Assembly (NCBI GenBank): GCA_046705025.1
Contig: JBJKQU010000049.1
Location: 17,073 to 81,072 of the forward strand
Length of the DNA: 64,000 nt
Origin: Candidatus Kryptoniota bacterium
GTDB lineage: Bacteria > Bacteroidota > Ignavibacteria > Kryptoniales > JAKASW01
Direction: 5' to 3'
Shown piece by piece: positions 19,821-29,782 of this stretch; position 1 is the first letter of the stretch; each line of letters begins with the position of its first letter. The notes beneath the pieces are model-generated. The model made no database searches. It was given only the letters and a program-made list of their open reading frames with translations, and was not told where the DNA came from. The position numbers were made by a program, and so were the translations under genes.

Positions 19821-20523
19821 ACCAAAGACAAAACGATGTTTTATTACTAAAACGTCGACACGATGATTTTTCATGATGATGTTGGTGTGGTTAGGAAAGG
19901 TCTTGTGCCCCCTTTGAGATCTGTGTCTGATATGAGCGTTGTCGGTATGGCTATGCCCAGCGCCGCCGTGCTGCAAATGCATCCTTGTCGCTGTATGTAG
20001 CGGGCCCCTTTGGCAGCCCTCCGAAGAGGCGACCTGTCATAATGCCGTGGGGATTGTAATGTTTTATGGGACGGCCTGGGACTGAGATGGCGAAGCTGTC
20101 TAAAGGCGACAGCATGGATGGTGTGATGAGATCCAATCGCTCGTCAGTCGATACAATTAAACGTGACATCGAACAAATACCGGAGCCTGTACCAATGAAA
20201 GTGATGCGGACACCGCCTCGTCGGGATTGTGGTATGGTACTGCGAACATGTATGCCGGCAAGAGAACCTCAACTGTCTTCGATGCTCTCGAGCGTTCTTT
20301 CCTGAAGAGCTCGCTCTTTTCGGCAACATTTTCCGAGCCGAGAAGCCGGAAGATTCGTTATACAAAATACGGAAGCGCATCCGATAACAAGAACCTGGTA
20401 GTCTCCACACGCTCAACAGCTATAGTGGAATATCATAGTTGGAAACCATAAGTTACGAGAGCCATTTCAAATGCGCGTGACAAAGACAACATTTTCGACG
20501 ACCCGGGATGCGGAAGGGAACGC

Positions 20524-21318
20524 ATGAACGACGTAGCTCCCGTCATAATTGTCACCGGTGGTAGTCGAGGGATAGGACGCGGCATTTCGCTCCTAGCGGC
20601 CGAACACGGTTTATCCGTCGCCGTCAATTTTATAAGGGATTCTGATGCCGCTGAGGAAACGGTTGAATTGTGCAGCCGCAAGAAGAGAGCAGACCCACAG
20701 AAATTCGTGCCGATATGTGCCGACGTTAGCACACCCGACGGGAGAGACATCCTCGTGAGAGAAACACTGAGCAGATTCTCGAGGATAGACGCTCTTGTCA
20801 ACAACGCCGGCCGCGGCCCCAAGGTGCGGGACGACATGACAAAAATGACTCTCGAATCATACAACGATGTCATGCGAGTGAACCTCGAAGGGCCGTTATT
20901 CCTTACCCAGTCAGTGGTTAACTATTGGCTTAACGAAAAGCCAAAAACTCTCCTGCCCGGAGGGTTCAAAGTGTTATTTATTTCCTCGATGTCTGCATAC
21001 GCAGCCTCCATTGACAGAGGCGAGTATTGCATTTCGAAGGCCGGCCTTTCAATGGTGACAAAACTCTGGGCCGCCAGGCTGGCCGAAGCGGGAATACAGG
21101 TGTTTGAGATCAGACCCGGCATCATTGAGACGGAAATGACCAGGCGAGTGAGAGGGAAATACGATCCGCTGATTTCAAGCGGCGTTGTTCCCCAGAAAAG
21201 ATGGGGAAAGCCGGAAGATGTGGGACTTGCCGTTTGCGCAATCCTGAATGGGCAATTCCCATTCTCAACCGGAGAGGTGATAAACGTTGACGGCGGCTTC
21301 CACCTGCAGAGACTATGA
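20524..21318 (+). CDS. SDR-family oxidoreductase (KduD/3-oxoacyl reductase-like)
   Basis: 264 aa with the cofactor motif TGGSRGIGRG, NNAG and the catalytic YCISKAG. Confidence 0.9.
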   Translation: MNDVAPVIIVTGGSRGIGRGISLLAAEHGLSVAVNFIRDSDAAEETVELCSRKKRADPQKFVPICADVSTPDGRDILVRETLSRFSRIDALVNNAGRGPKVRDDMTKMTLESYNDVMRVNLEGPLFLTQSVVNYWLNEKPKTLLPGGFKVLFISSMSAYAASIDRGEYCISKAGLSMVTKLWAARLAEAGIQVFEIRPGIIETEMTRRVRGKYDPLISSGVVPQKRWGKPEDVGLAVCAILNGQFPFSTGEVINVDGGFHLQRL

Positions 21319-21324
21319 AAAGAA

Positions 21325-22698
21325 ATGATTCGTAGTTTAGATAAGGTCTCTCCTCAGGATCTTGAGGAGCATATAGAAAGACTCTTCTCCATTTCCGCAG
21401 CGAAGATAGCTGACCTGAACCGGAAATGGGATTTCAGAAACGGTTCGCCGGTATATACTAGAGGCGGTATCTACACTGCAAGGGGATGGACGGAATGGAC
21501 CAGAGGTTTCCAAATCGGGATGCCATTACTGCAGTATGACTATTCCGGCGAACGGATGTTCCTCGAGATGGGCAGAGGTGCTACTGTTGAGTACATGCCG
21601 GTACAACTCACGCATCTCGGCGTCCACGATCATGGCTTTAACATAATTAGTACTTACGGCAATCTATTGCGACTTGTTCAGGACGGAAGGATTGAGAGGA
21701 ACGAGTGGGAAAGGAACTTATATGAGCTTGCGCTCAGAGTAAGCGGCGCGGTTCAAGCGGCCAGATGGACCCGCCTCAGCGATGAACTCGGATATATCTA
21801 TTCGTTCAACGGCCCCCACTCCCTTTTTGCCGATACTATCCGCAGCCTGCGGTCGCTTGCCGTCGCTTACCAGCTTGGTCATTCGCTGATGGGTGAGCAG
21901 GACACCCCAATCAGCCTTCTTCAGCGGTTATTGCAGCATGCGGAGACGACGGCTAGGTATATCGTCTATTTCGGAGAAGGACGGGATGTTTATGACGTGC
22001 GAGGGCGCGTCGCTCATGAGGCTGTCTTTAACATCAACTCACACACATTTCGCTGTCCAAGTACTCAGCAGGGATATTCCCCTTTTTCAACGTGGACGCG
22101 CGGGCTCGCCTGGGTCATGCTGGGCTTCGCTGAACAACTCGAGTTTATCGAGCATGTTGAGGAATCTTTGTTGGAGCCATATGGGGGAAAGCCGAAAATT
22201 ACAAGGCGTTTCCTGCAGATCGCCTCGGCAGTCAGTGACTTCTATATCGAAAACACCCCGACTGACGGGATACCGTACTGGGATACGGGCGCTCCCGGAT
22301 TATACAGGATGGGAGATTACCTGAACCGGCCGGCTGATCCTTTCAACGACTATGAACCGGCAGACAGTTCGGCTGCAGCGATCGCCGCCCAGGGATTGAT
22401 CCGACTGGGAAACTATTTGAGCAGCCACAATGACAGAGAAGATGGACTGAGGTATCTGCAAGCCGGACTTACCACAGCCCGAACAGTTATTTCGGAACCG
22501 TATCTGTCGACTGACTCTAGCCACCAGGGATTGGTCCTTCATTCCGTTTATCACAGGCCGAACGGATGGGACTACATACCCGACAAAGGCAAGATTCCAT
22601 TCGGTGAGTCTTCAATGTGGGGAGACTATCACGCCCTCGAATTAGCGCTTCTGATCCATCGCCTTGCTGAAGGTAAGTCTTATCAGTTTTTTCTGTGA
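21325..22698 (+). CDS. GH88-family unsaturated glucuronyl hydrolase-like protein, cytoplasmic
   Basis: 457 aa. Blocks line up with the Bacillus UGL as I remember it: WTEWTRGF, HDHGF (catalytic Asp region), STWTRGLAW, IPYWD, DSSAAAIAAQGL and MWGDYHALE. No signal peptide. Confidence 0.8.
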   Translation: MIRSLDKVSPQDLEEHIERLFSISAAKIADLNRKWDFRNGSPVYTRGGIYTARGWTEWTRGFQIGMPLLQYDYSGERMFLEMGRGATVEYMPVQLTHLGVHDHGFNIISTYGNLLRLVQDGRIERNEWERNLYELALRVSGAVQAARWTRLSDELGYIYSFNGPHSLFADTIRSLRSLAVAYQLGHSLMGEQDTPISLLQRLLQHAETTARYIVYFGEGRDVYDVRGRVAHEAVFNINSHTFRCPSTQQGYSPFSTWTRGLAWVMLGFAEQLEFIEHVEESLLEPYGGKPKITRRFLQIASAVSDFYIENTPTDGIPYWDTGAPGLYRMGDYLNRPADPFNDYEPADSSAAAIAAQGLIRLGNYLSSHNDREDGLRYLQAGLTTARTVISEPYLSTDSSHQGLVLHSVYHRPNGWDYIPDKGKIPFGESSMWGDYHALELALLIHRLAEGKSYQFFL

Positions 22699-22763
22699 AT
22701 ACAAAGTGGAACACTCAACAGCGTGCTTGATTTCAATGCAAGACTAAATCGACGGAGATACCC

Positions 22764-24533
22764 ATGAACTTGGCATTGCTCATTCTTCTTCCGTTCCTCG
22801 GCCTTGGAGGTCACTCCAACGCCGTATCGCAAAATTGGGCCCAGAAATATGACCCCGGTTTTGCAAAGAGAGCGGATTTCTTCCTTTCTATATATGATAC
22901 ATTGAAAAGTCCGGACTATTACGCCTGTGCGGTAAAATACGCGAGACATGTGGACCTTCAGACTGCCAACAGGAACGCACTTAAACTCCTGAAACATCCG
23001 ACGGGAGACATGTTCTGGATGGTTGCCGTTATGGACATGGACCTCCATGGTAAGAATGATATGTCCCCGGCTGTAAGGGAGGCAATTCGAAACGCATGGA
23101 AGACTTACACTCCTTACCGCGGCGACACGGAGAATCACTGGCTGCAGTACCATGCGATGCTCTTCCTGGCGTCCGAGCAGTGGCCGAATCTGCCGGGAAG
23201 TGAGTGGTACAACGGCAGGAGCTCGAAAGTCAACATGGAAGACGCCAAGAATTATTTGCTGTCGTGGTTCAAAATAACAACCTCCATAGGCTCCGGGGAA
23301 TTTGATTCGCCGGATTATTTCCCCGAATATTTGAACCCCTTGCTCCTGCTCGCGCAATACTCGAAGGATCACGAAATGAAGCAGATGGCGACGATGCTGG
23401 TTGATTACTATCTGGCGAATTTTGCCACAGAGAGCCTTCAGGGCCAATTCGTGGGAGGATTCAGCCGCATTTATGAGCCCGCGGTATATGAGCCGTCTCA
23501 CGCCAATTCCAACGCGTACGCGTACCTCTACTTTGACCAGGGACATGCCATTCACAACGGATGGGTAACCATAGCAGCTTTGTCCAACTACCGGCCGCCA
23601 GAAATCATTTGGGATATAGCCCACGATCGCAGCAAGCCCTACGTCAACACGTCTATCAACAGAGTGCGGTATAATATCCGCTACGGCAAGGAACGCACCC
23701 CGAAGGTGTTTAAATATGACTACATCTCCCATGATTATGCTCTCAGTTCAATTCAGGGGGGCTTCCTGCAACCGATTCAGCAACACACATGGGGACTCTT
23801 CTTTACGCATGGTTTTCCGTACACGACTGTGTTCAGCATAGAACCATATTGGTCGGGACTTGAACTTGGAACTTTCTTCCCCGAAGAGACAGAGACAATG
23901 ATAGCAAGCGTCACCTCCTCCAAAGGAACTTATAACAAGCCGAACAAGTGGACGGGCAGCTCTCCGTTCGAGCGCACTTTCCAGCACAAGAACACGCTGA
24001 TAGTCTTGTATGACATTGCACCCGGAACGAACACCGAGTACATAGACGGGTTCTTTCCAAAAACTCTCGACACTCTTATGACTGACTGGCATGGATGGAT
24101 AGTCGGAAAGGCAGGGACGGCATATTTCGGGTGGTATCCATTGCAGCCGCACAAGTGGATGGACAAGGGATTCTATACCGAGCTTCGCAGCTATCATCCC
24201 CAGAACGGGCTGGTACTGGAGGCAAGGGACAAATCACAGGTGGGGTCGTTCGCACACTTCCTGAACCTTCTCAAAGGTCACATACCGCAGGCCGATCTTA
24301 ACCCGAAGCATGTCTCGGCGACTTATCGAACGCTGGACGGGACGGTGATGCACTTTGTATTTCCAAACGTCCGTGAGCTTAACGGGAAGCAGATAAACAT
24401 GATGGATTATCGGTTTTATAAGGGGCCGTTCCTGAATTCAGCGTACCGCAGTCAAATTGAGACGATCACTTGCCACGGCTTGAAGATGGTGTTGAACTTC
24501 AAGAAGCTTACGATTACGGGAAACGGGAATTAG
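22764..24533 (+). CDS. secreted protein, family unassigned (putative alpha/alpha-toroid polysaccharide lyase), paralogue 1
   Basis: 589 aa with a hydrophobic N-terminus. It is near-identical over long runs to the next ORF. An ENHW block sits in the helical half and the C-terminal half is beta-rich. The gene lies downstream of GH88. Confidence 0.8.
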   Translation: MNLALLILLPFLGLGGHSNAVSQNWAQKYDPGFAKRADFFLSIYDTLKSPDYYACAVKYARHVDLQTANRNALKLLKHPTGDMFWMVAVMDMDLHGKNDMSPAVREAIRNAWKTYTPYRGDTENHWLQYHAMLFLASEQWPNLPGSEWYNGRSSKVNMEDAKNYLLSWFKITTSIGSGEFDSPDYFPEYLNPLLLLAQYSKDHEMKQMATMLVDYYLANFATESLQGQFVGGFSRIYEPAVYEPSHANSNAYAYLYFDQGHAIHNGWVTIAALSNYRPPEIIWDIAHDRSKPYVNTSINRVRYNIRYGKERTPKVFKYDYISHDYALSSIQGGFLQPIQQHTWGLFFTHGFPYTTVFSIEPYWSGLELGTFFPEETETMIASVTSSKGTYNKPNKWTGSSPFERTFQHKNTLIVLYDIAPGTNTEYIDGFFPKTLDTLMTDWHGWIVGKAGTAYFGWYPLQPHKWMDKGFYTELRSYHPQNGLVLEARDKSQVGSFAHFLNLLKGHIPQADLNPKHVSATYRTLDGTVMHFVFPNVRELNGKQINMMDYRFYKGPFLNSAYRSQIETITCHGLKMVLNFKKLTITGNGN

Positions 24534-24585
24534 GAAGGCAGGCGTTGCAGATGCTTGAACTTCGGACAAAGGGAGATTAACGAAG

Positions 24586-26364
24586 ATGCTTATGAACACG
24601 GTGCTCATCCTCCTTTTGCAGCTCTTCAATATTGGAGCCCATCCCGCTACTCCCCCGAAAGTTTGGGTCCAGAAGTACGACGCGGGGTTTGCGAAGAGAG
24701 CGGATTTCATTCTATCGGAATACGACTCGTCAAAGAGTCCGGACTATTATGCCTGCGCGGTCAAATACGCGAGGCATGTCGACCTTCAGACGGCAAACAG
24801 AAATGCGCTGCTTCTATTGAAACACCCGGCCGGCGACATGTTTTGGATGGTCGCAGTCATGAACATGTACCTCCACGGCAAGGATGATATGTCTCCGGTC
24901 GTTAAGGAGGCAATTCGAAACGCGTGGAAGACCTACACCCCTTACCGCGGCGATACGGAAAATCACTGGGTCCAGTATCACACGGCGCTGTTTCTGGCGT
25001 CAGAGCAGTGGCCGAACCTGCCGGGAAGCGACTGGTACAACGGCAGGAGCTCCGAAGTCAACTTGGAAGACTCGAAGAGCTTTCTCCTGTCCTGGATGAA
25101 GGAGACCACGACTATAGGTACGGGAGAATTCGACTCTCCCGATTACTATCCTGTGTATGTGAATCCGATGCTTCTGCTTGCAGAGTACTCAAAGGACCCG
25201 GAGATGAAGCAGATGGGGAAGATGATGGTCGATTTCCTCCTTGCTGAGTTCGCGGCCGAAAGTCTGCGGGGCCAGTTTGTCGGAGGCTACAGTCGCGTCT
25301 ATGAACCGGGGGTTTACGAGCCCTCAAAGTCAAACTTTTATCCGTACTCGTATCTGTACTTCAGTCTAGGACATGCGGTTCACTCAGGTCTGGCGACGGT
25401 GGCCGCACTGTCGAACTACAGACCGCCTTTGATTATCTATAAGATCGCTCATGATCGGAAGAAGCCGTATGTGCATACGGAGATAAAAAGAGTTCGCAAT
25501 GTCATCCGATACGGCAAGGAACGAAATCCCAAAGTGTTCAAGTATGATTACATTGCCGGCGATTACGCTATCAGCTCCATCCAGGGCGGGTTCCTCCAGC
25601 CGATTCAGCAGCATACCTGGGGACTCTTCTTCACGCACGGGTTTCCCTATACTACAGTGTTCAGTATAGAACCTTATTGGTCTGGATGGGAACTTGCCAG
25701 GTTCTTTCCTGAGGAACGTGAGACTCTTATCGGCGGAGTGACGTCGTCTAACAAAGGTACGTACAACAAGCCGAACAAATGGACAGGCAGCTCACCCTAT
25801 GAGCGTACCTTCCAGCACGAGAATACCCTCATCGTACTGTATAACATTGCGCCTGAAACTCACACCGAGCATGTAGACGGTTTCTTCCCCAAGACACTGG
25901 ATTCTCTGATAACTGACTGGCACGGTTGGATAGTCGGGAGGGCAGGAAGTGCGTATTTCGGCTGGTATCCGCTGCAGCCGATCAAGTGGATGAACGAAGG
26001 TTTTTACGCCGAGCTTCGCAGCAGGCACCCTCAAAACGGACTGGTGGTCGAGGCAAGAGACCAGGCCCAGGTGGGCTCGTTTGAAAACTTCTTGAACCTG
26101 CTAAAAGACCACAAGCCGCAGGCAGACCTTACCCCTAAGCACGTTGCAGTGTCTTATCGAACGCTGGACGGAGCGGAAATGCACTTCGTGTTCCCTAATG
26201 TTCGTGAGTTGAATGGACGGAAGGTGAACATGATGAGCTATCGGGATTACAAAGGTCCTTTCCTGAATTCTGCATATGGGACTCCGGTTGAGAGGATTAC
26301 GTGCGATGGGTTGAAAATGGTTTTGAACTTCAAGAAGTTGACAATTACGCACAGCCAAGATTAG
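24586..26364 (+). CDS. secreted protein, family unassigned (putative polysaccharide lyase), paralogue 2
   Basis: 592 aa, 52 bp after paralogue 1. It shares long verbatim peptide runs with it (for example SSIQGGFLQPIQQHTWGLFFTHGFPYTTVFSIEPYWSG). Confidence 0.8.
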   Translation: MLMNTVLILLLQLFNIGAHPATPPKVWVQKYDAGFAKRADFILSEYDSSKSPDYYACAVKYARHVDLQTANRNALLLLKHPAGDMFWMVAVMNMYLHGKDDMSPVVKEAIRNAWKTYTPYRGDTENHWVQYHTALFLASEQWPNLPGSDWYNGRSSEVNLEDSKSFLLSWMKETTTIGTGEFDSPDYYPVYVNPMLLLAEYSKDPEMKQMGKMMVDFLLAEFAAESLRGQFVGGYSRVYEPGVYEPSKSNFYPYSYLYFSLGHAVHSGLATVAALSNYRPPLIIYKIAHDRKKPYVHTEIKRVRNVIRYGKERNPKVFKYDYIAGDYAISSIQGGFLQPIQQHTWGLFFTHGFPYTTVFSIEPYWSGWELARFFPEERETLIGGVTSSNKGTYNKPNKWTGSSPYERTFQHENTLIVLYNIAPETHTEHVDGFFPKTLDSLITDWHGWIVGRAGSAYFGWYPLQPIKWMNEGFYAELRSRHPQNGLVVEARDQAQVGSFENFLNLLKDHKPQADLTPKHVAVSYRTLDGAEMHFVFPNVRELNGRKVNMMSYRDYKGPFLNSAYGTPVERITCDGLKMVLNFKKLTITHSQD

Positions 26365-26469
26365 TGAAGAAACAAGTGATGCCCCTGGGGATATGGTTGT
26401 CTCATTTTCGCGTTCGGAATCAGTTTGCTGATTCGGGCATCCAAGAATTTGAGAGGTAAAGAGGGTTAG

Positions 26470-27618
26470 ATGACACAAACGTACAAATCAACAACGACGA
26501 TGACATCACAGGAACGCATTCTAACGGCGATGCGGCGTGGCAAGCCGGACCGGGTTCCTGCTATTCCCGACATATCTAATATGGTTCCTTGCAGGTTAAT
26601 GGGGAAGCCGTTCTGGGATATTTACCTTCATGAAGACCCGCCGTTGAGCGATGCCTATATCAACGCGGTGAAGTACTTCGGCATGGACGGGTGGTACATA
26701 TACGACAATCTCACGATGAAGGAAGAGCCTAAATGGACTGAAAAGGTCCTCGAGAAGACGGATGAAGAAATCAAGGTCAGCAGGTTCGTCGAGACGCCTT
26801 TAGGCAGACTTGAGGAAATAATGGCTTATCCGGTCAAAGACCCGCCATGGCGGCTTCAAGGGATGATAAAAGATATCGAGGCCGATTTTCCGAAGTTGAA
26901 GTGGTATATGGATCAGAAACCGCTCAAAGATACTTGCGCCGACATGAAGAAAGTCGGCGGTTGGGGTATCTTCGGGCTTGCGATCGAGACGTTCATGGGA
27001 TTCTGGGTAACCGTCCGGGACGGCGGTTCGATGCAGGCTGTGATGGATTTCGCCGAGCAGCCGGAAGCGATGGCGCGAGTACGGGACTACTATGTGGAAT
27101 ACGTCGAGCGTGCCACCAAAGCGGCGCTGCGAGACAAGCCCCACGAGATACTCCTCCAAGGATCGGCTTCCTCGCTCAGCCTGAGCTCACCGAGGATATA
27201 CAGGAATTTCGACTTGCCTGTCATAAAGCTTGTCTCGTCACTCTGCAGAAAAGAGAATATGATTTGTCACCAGCATACGTGCGGCAGATCAAGGTTAATT
27301 GTGGAAATCAACTACAACGAGACCGAAATTGACGTCATGGAACCGCTCGAACGGGCACCCGGTGGCGACGTCGACCTTGCCGAGGTGAAGGCGAAATTCG
27401 GCGATAAGTTCTGTCTCAAAGGAAACGTGAATACTTTCGAGACAATGCTGAACGGGACCGTGAAGGAGGTCGAGAAGGAAGCCAAGTGGTGTATAGATGC
27501 TGCTGCTGAAGGCGGAGGTTTCATTCTTTCGACCGGAGACCAGTGCGGACGCGATACGCCGGACGACAATCTATTTGCACTTGTCGAAACAGCAAAGAAC
27601 TACGGGCAGTATACTTAA
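26470..27618 (+). CDS. URO-D / MtaA-CmuA-family methyltransferase-like protein (copy 1, Zn triad present)
   Basis: 382 aa with N-terminal ERILTAMRRGKPDRVPAIPD, typical of the family. HTCG (H-x-C) and STGDQCG supply the His/Cys/Cys pattern of MtaA-type zinc sites. Confidence 0.85.
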   Translation: MTQTYKSTTTMTSQERILTAMRRGKPDRVPAIPDISNMVPCRLMGKPFWDIYLHEDPPLSDAYINAVKYFGMDGWYIYDNLTMKEEPKWTEKVLEKTDEEIKVSRFVETPLGRLEEIMAYPVKDPPWRLQGMIKDIEADFPKLKWYMDQKPLKDTCADMKKVGGWGIFGLAIETFMGFWVTVRDGGSMQAVMDFAEQPEAMARVRDYYVEYVERATKAALRDKPHEILLQGSASSLSLSSPRIYRNFDLPVIKLVSSLCRKENMICHQHTCGRSRLIVEINYNETEIDVMEPLERAPGGDVDLAEVKAKFGDKFCLKGNVNTFETMLNGTVKEVEKEAKWCIDAAAEGGGFILSTGDQCGRDTPDDNLFALVETAKNYGQYT

Positions 27619-27926
27619 AAGCGGCGACAGACTAGGCCACGGGCGACGTAGAGCCCGCGGCCTCCTCACTTCCCAATGCATCACATGTGCCCTTTGCGAC
27701 GCGGGCAGAGCACGACCGAGGTGTCGCGTTCAAAGGCAAGGGCTTCCCACGCATTAGACCTTACCAAGAAGTAAGTGCTGAATGTGCTTAGCTATCAATA
27801 GAGAAAAGATGCGCGGGGTACAGGACAGCACGATTATTCGTTTCAGAAGAAGAGTTGCTCCTCAGTGCCCCGATGCGCATACAAGCAAAACAACAAAAGA
27901 CAAAAGAAAGCGAAATATAGAAATAG

Positions 27927-28943
27927 ATGGAAAAGATTCGTATAGGAATTATAGGATGTGGACTGGCGAGTACCTGGCATCTGGACTATCTGGTTACGGA
28001 CGAACGGGTAGAGATTGTAGCGTTGGTAGATGTGAATCACGACAATATCGCTGCCGTATTGAAAAGGATACCCGAAGAAAAGAGAAAGGGAATTAACGAG
28101 TATAAAGAATACCCGGAAATGTTGGCTAAAGAGCGTCTGGATGCGTGTCTTGTCCTTACGCCTCACAAGTTTCACCATGAGCAGGTCAAGGCGTGCCTGA
28201 CGTGCGGCCTGCATGTACTCGTCGAGAAACCACTTACTGTTACGGCCGCGGAGTCTGAACAACTGGTGGCGCTCGCGAAAAGACAGAAGCGGGTGCTTAT
28301 CGTGGCCTACCAGTACCCCGGAAAGGGGGCCGTGAAATATGTGCGCGAGGTTATCGAGTCGGGAAGATTGGGGGAGGTCCTTTATTTCAACGCCATGCTC
28401 GGTCTTCACTGGCACAAGCTCGCGACCGGTTGGAGACGTGATCCGAACGTGTCGGAGGGCGGAGTGCTCGTCGATAGCGGTAGTCACCTTGTGGACCTTG
28501 TGCTGCATTTGACCGGTGTGAAAGTCAAGGAAGTGTTCGCCTACGCCGATAATGACGGCCAACAGGTCGACGTGTTTACGTCTGCGCTTGTGCGCTTCGG
28601 TGAAAACCGAACGGGTATTCTGTCTGCCGTGGGGGGAGGGCCCTTCTTACTTGATCTGACTATTATTGGGAGCAAAGGCGCGATTACGATGCGCGACCTG
28701 GAGGAAGTCACTCATGTTGACGAAAAGGACTTCATCGGGGAGATTGGGACGTATCATCAGCATAACAAATTCAATCCAAGCGCTATGCCGAAGCCGACTC
28801 TGCCGGCGGGGGATTTCATTGACGCGATTGTTTCCGGAAACCTTTCCGCGTCGAACGGCTCGAGAGCTATAAGAGTGGCCAAATTCACGGATGCGGCTTA
28901 CAGGTCGGTTGAACTCAACAAGCCGGTAGATGTAACGGAGTGA
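27927..28943 (+). CDS. Gfo/Idh/MocA-family NAD(P)-dependent oxidoreductase
   Basis: 338 aa with the IRIGIIGCG Rossmann start and the conserved VLVEKPL block. Confidence 0.88.
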   Translation: MEKIRIGIIGCGLASTWHLDYLVTDERVEIVALVDVNHDNIAAVLKRIPEEKRKGINEYKEYPEMLAKERLDACLVLTPHKFHHEQVKACLTCGLHVLVEKPLTVTAAESEQLVALAKRQKRVLIVAYQYPGKGAVKYVREVIESGRLGEVLYFNAMLGLHWHKLATGWRRDPNVSEGGVLVDSGSHLVDLVLHLTGVKVKEVFAYADNDGQQVDVFTSALVRFGENRTGILSAVGGGPFLLDLTIIGSKGAITMRDLEEVTHVDEKDFIGEIGTYHQHNKFNPSAMPKPTLPAGDFIDAIVSGNLSASNGSRAIRVAKFTDAAYRSVELNKPVDVTE

Positions 28944-29782
28944 AAGAGAAAATGAAACTGGGAATTTCGATTGAACTATACAAGATGAGCGAGCTCGAGG
29001 AGAAACTGCAGGCAGCAGCATCGTGCGGGTTCAAGTACTGTCAGCTGTTTCTGAGGGAGGTTGAAGTAACAGAGGAGACGGTCAGGGAAGCCGCCGGGCT
29101 CTGCAAAGCTTACGGCATCAAGGTGGGACCGGTCGGAACTTACGCGAACCCCCTCCGGCCCGACGACGCCCCGATGGGGTGGAATATGGACAAGGTGAGG
29201 AGGATGATCAACCTTCTTCCTATTCTGGAGACAAACGAGATCGTGATATGGAGCGGGACTACGTCAGAGGAGCTGCTGGCTTATGGCGAGGGCAACTTCG
29301 ATGAGGGCTCCATGCGCAAGCTGGCCGCCGTGACGGAAGAATTGATCTCTCTTCTGTCCGGAATACGAGGCACCGTGACGTTTGAGCCATATTACACTCA
29401 TGTGCTTCACGACATTCCTTCGATACGTGCCTTCCTGGATTTGGTGAAATCGGCACAAGTGAAAGTCGTTGTCGATCCTCCGAACTATATATCTCCGAAA
29501 GACTTTGAGAATAGAGATGCCAGGATGACGGAGCTAATCGAAAGCCTTCATCGCGACGTTGGTGCGGTGCACTTCAAGGATTTCAAACTGCTTGCCGACG
29601 GGTCCTGGGACTACCCGGGGCCGGGAGGTGGAGCGATGAACTACAGCCTCTTGATGAGGAAACTGAGAGAGTACGAATATTCTTCCTGGGGAATAATAGA
29701 ACATGTACAACCATCGGAGTTTGCCGCTGCGAAGGGATTCGTTGAATCAAAATTCAAGGCGGCGGAGGCCGGACTATTATGA
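28940..29782 (+). CDS. sugar phosphate isomerase/epimerase (xylose-isomerase-like TIM barrel)
   Basis: 280 aa. The GTG start overlaps the upstream stop (GTGA), and an alternative in-frame ATG lies at 28952. The overall pattern matches the AP-endonuclease-2/xylose-isomerase-like family (by impression). Confidence 0.7.
   Translation: MKEKMKLGISIELYKMSELEEKLQAAASCGFKYCQLFLREVEVTEETVREAAGLCKAYGIKVGPVGTYANPLRPDDAPMGWNMDKVRRMINLLPILETNEIVIWSGTTSEELLAYGEGNFDEGSMRKLAAVTEELISLLSGIRGTVTFEPYYTHVLHDIPSIRAFLDLVKSAQVKVVVDPPNYISPKDFENRDARMTELIESLHRDVGAVHFKDFKLLADGSWDYPGPGGGAMNYSLLMRKLREYEYSSWGIIEHVQPSEFAAAKGFVESKFKAAEAGLL

Noticed and set aside
19598-20523. Chain of overlapping minus-strand ORFs (19541..20416) considered as a frameshifted pseudogene
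   Set aside because: None of the pieces resembles a protein family I know and their composition is not protein-like. I prefer to interpret the region as a non-coding leader.
22683-23732. 349-aa minus-strand ORF antisense to the first lyase-like paralogue
   Set aside because: It lies entirely within a plus-strand gene that has an intact paralogue next door. The sequence is R/V/H-rich with no motif, which is a typical shadow ORF in the antisense frame.
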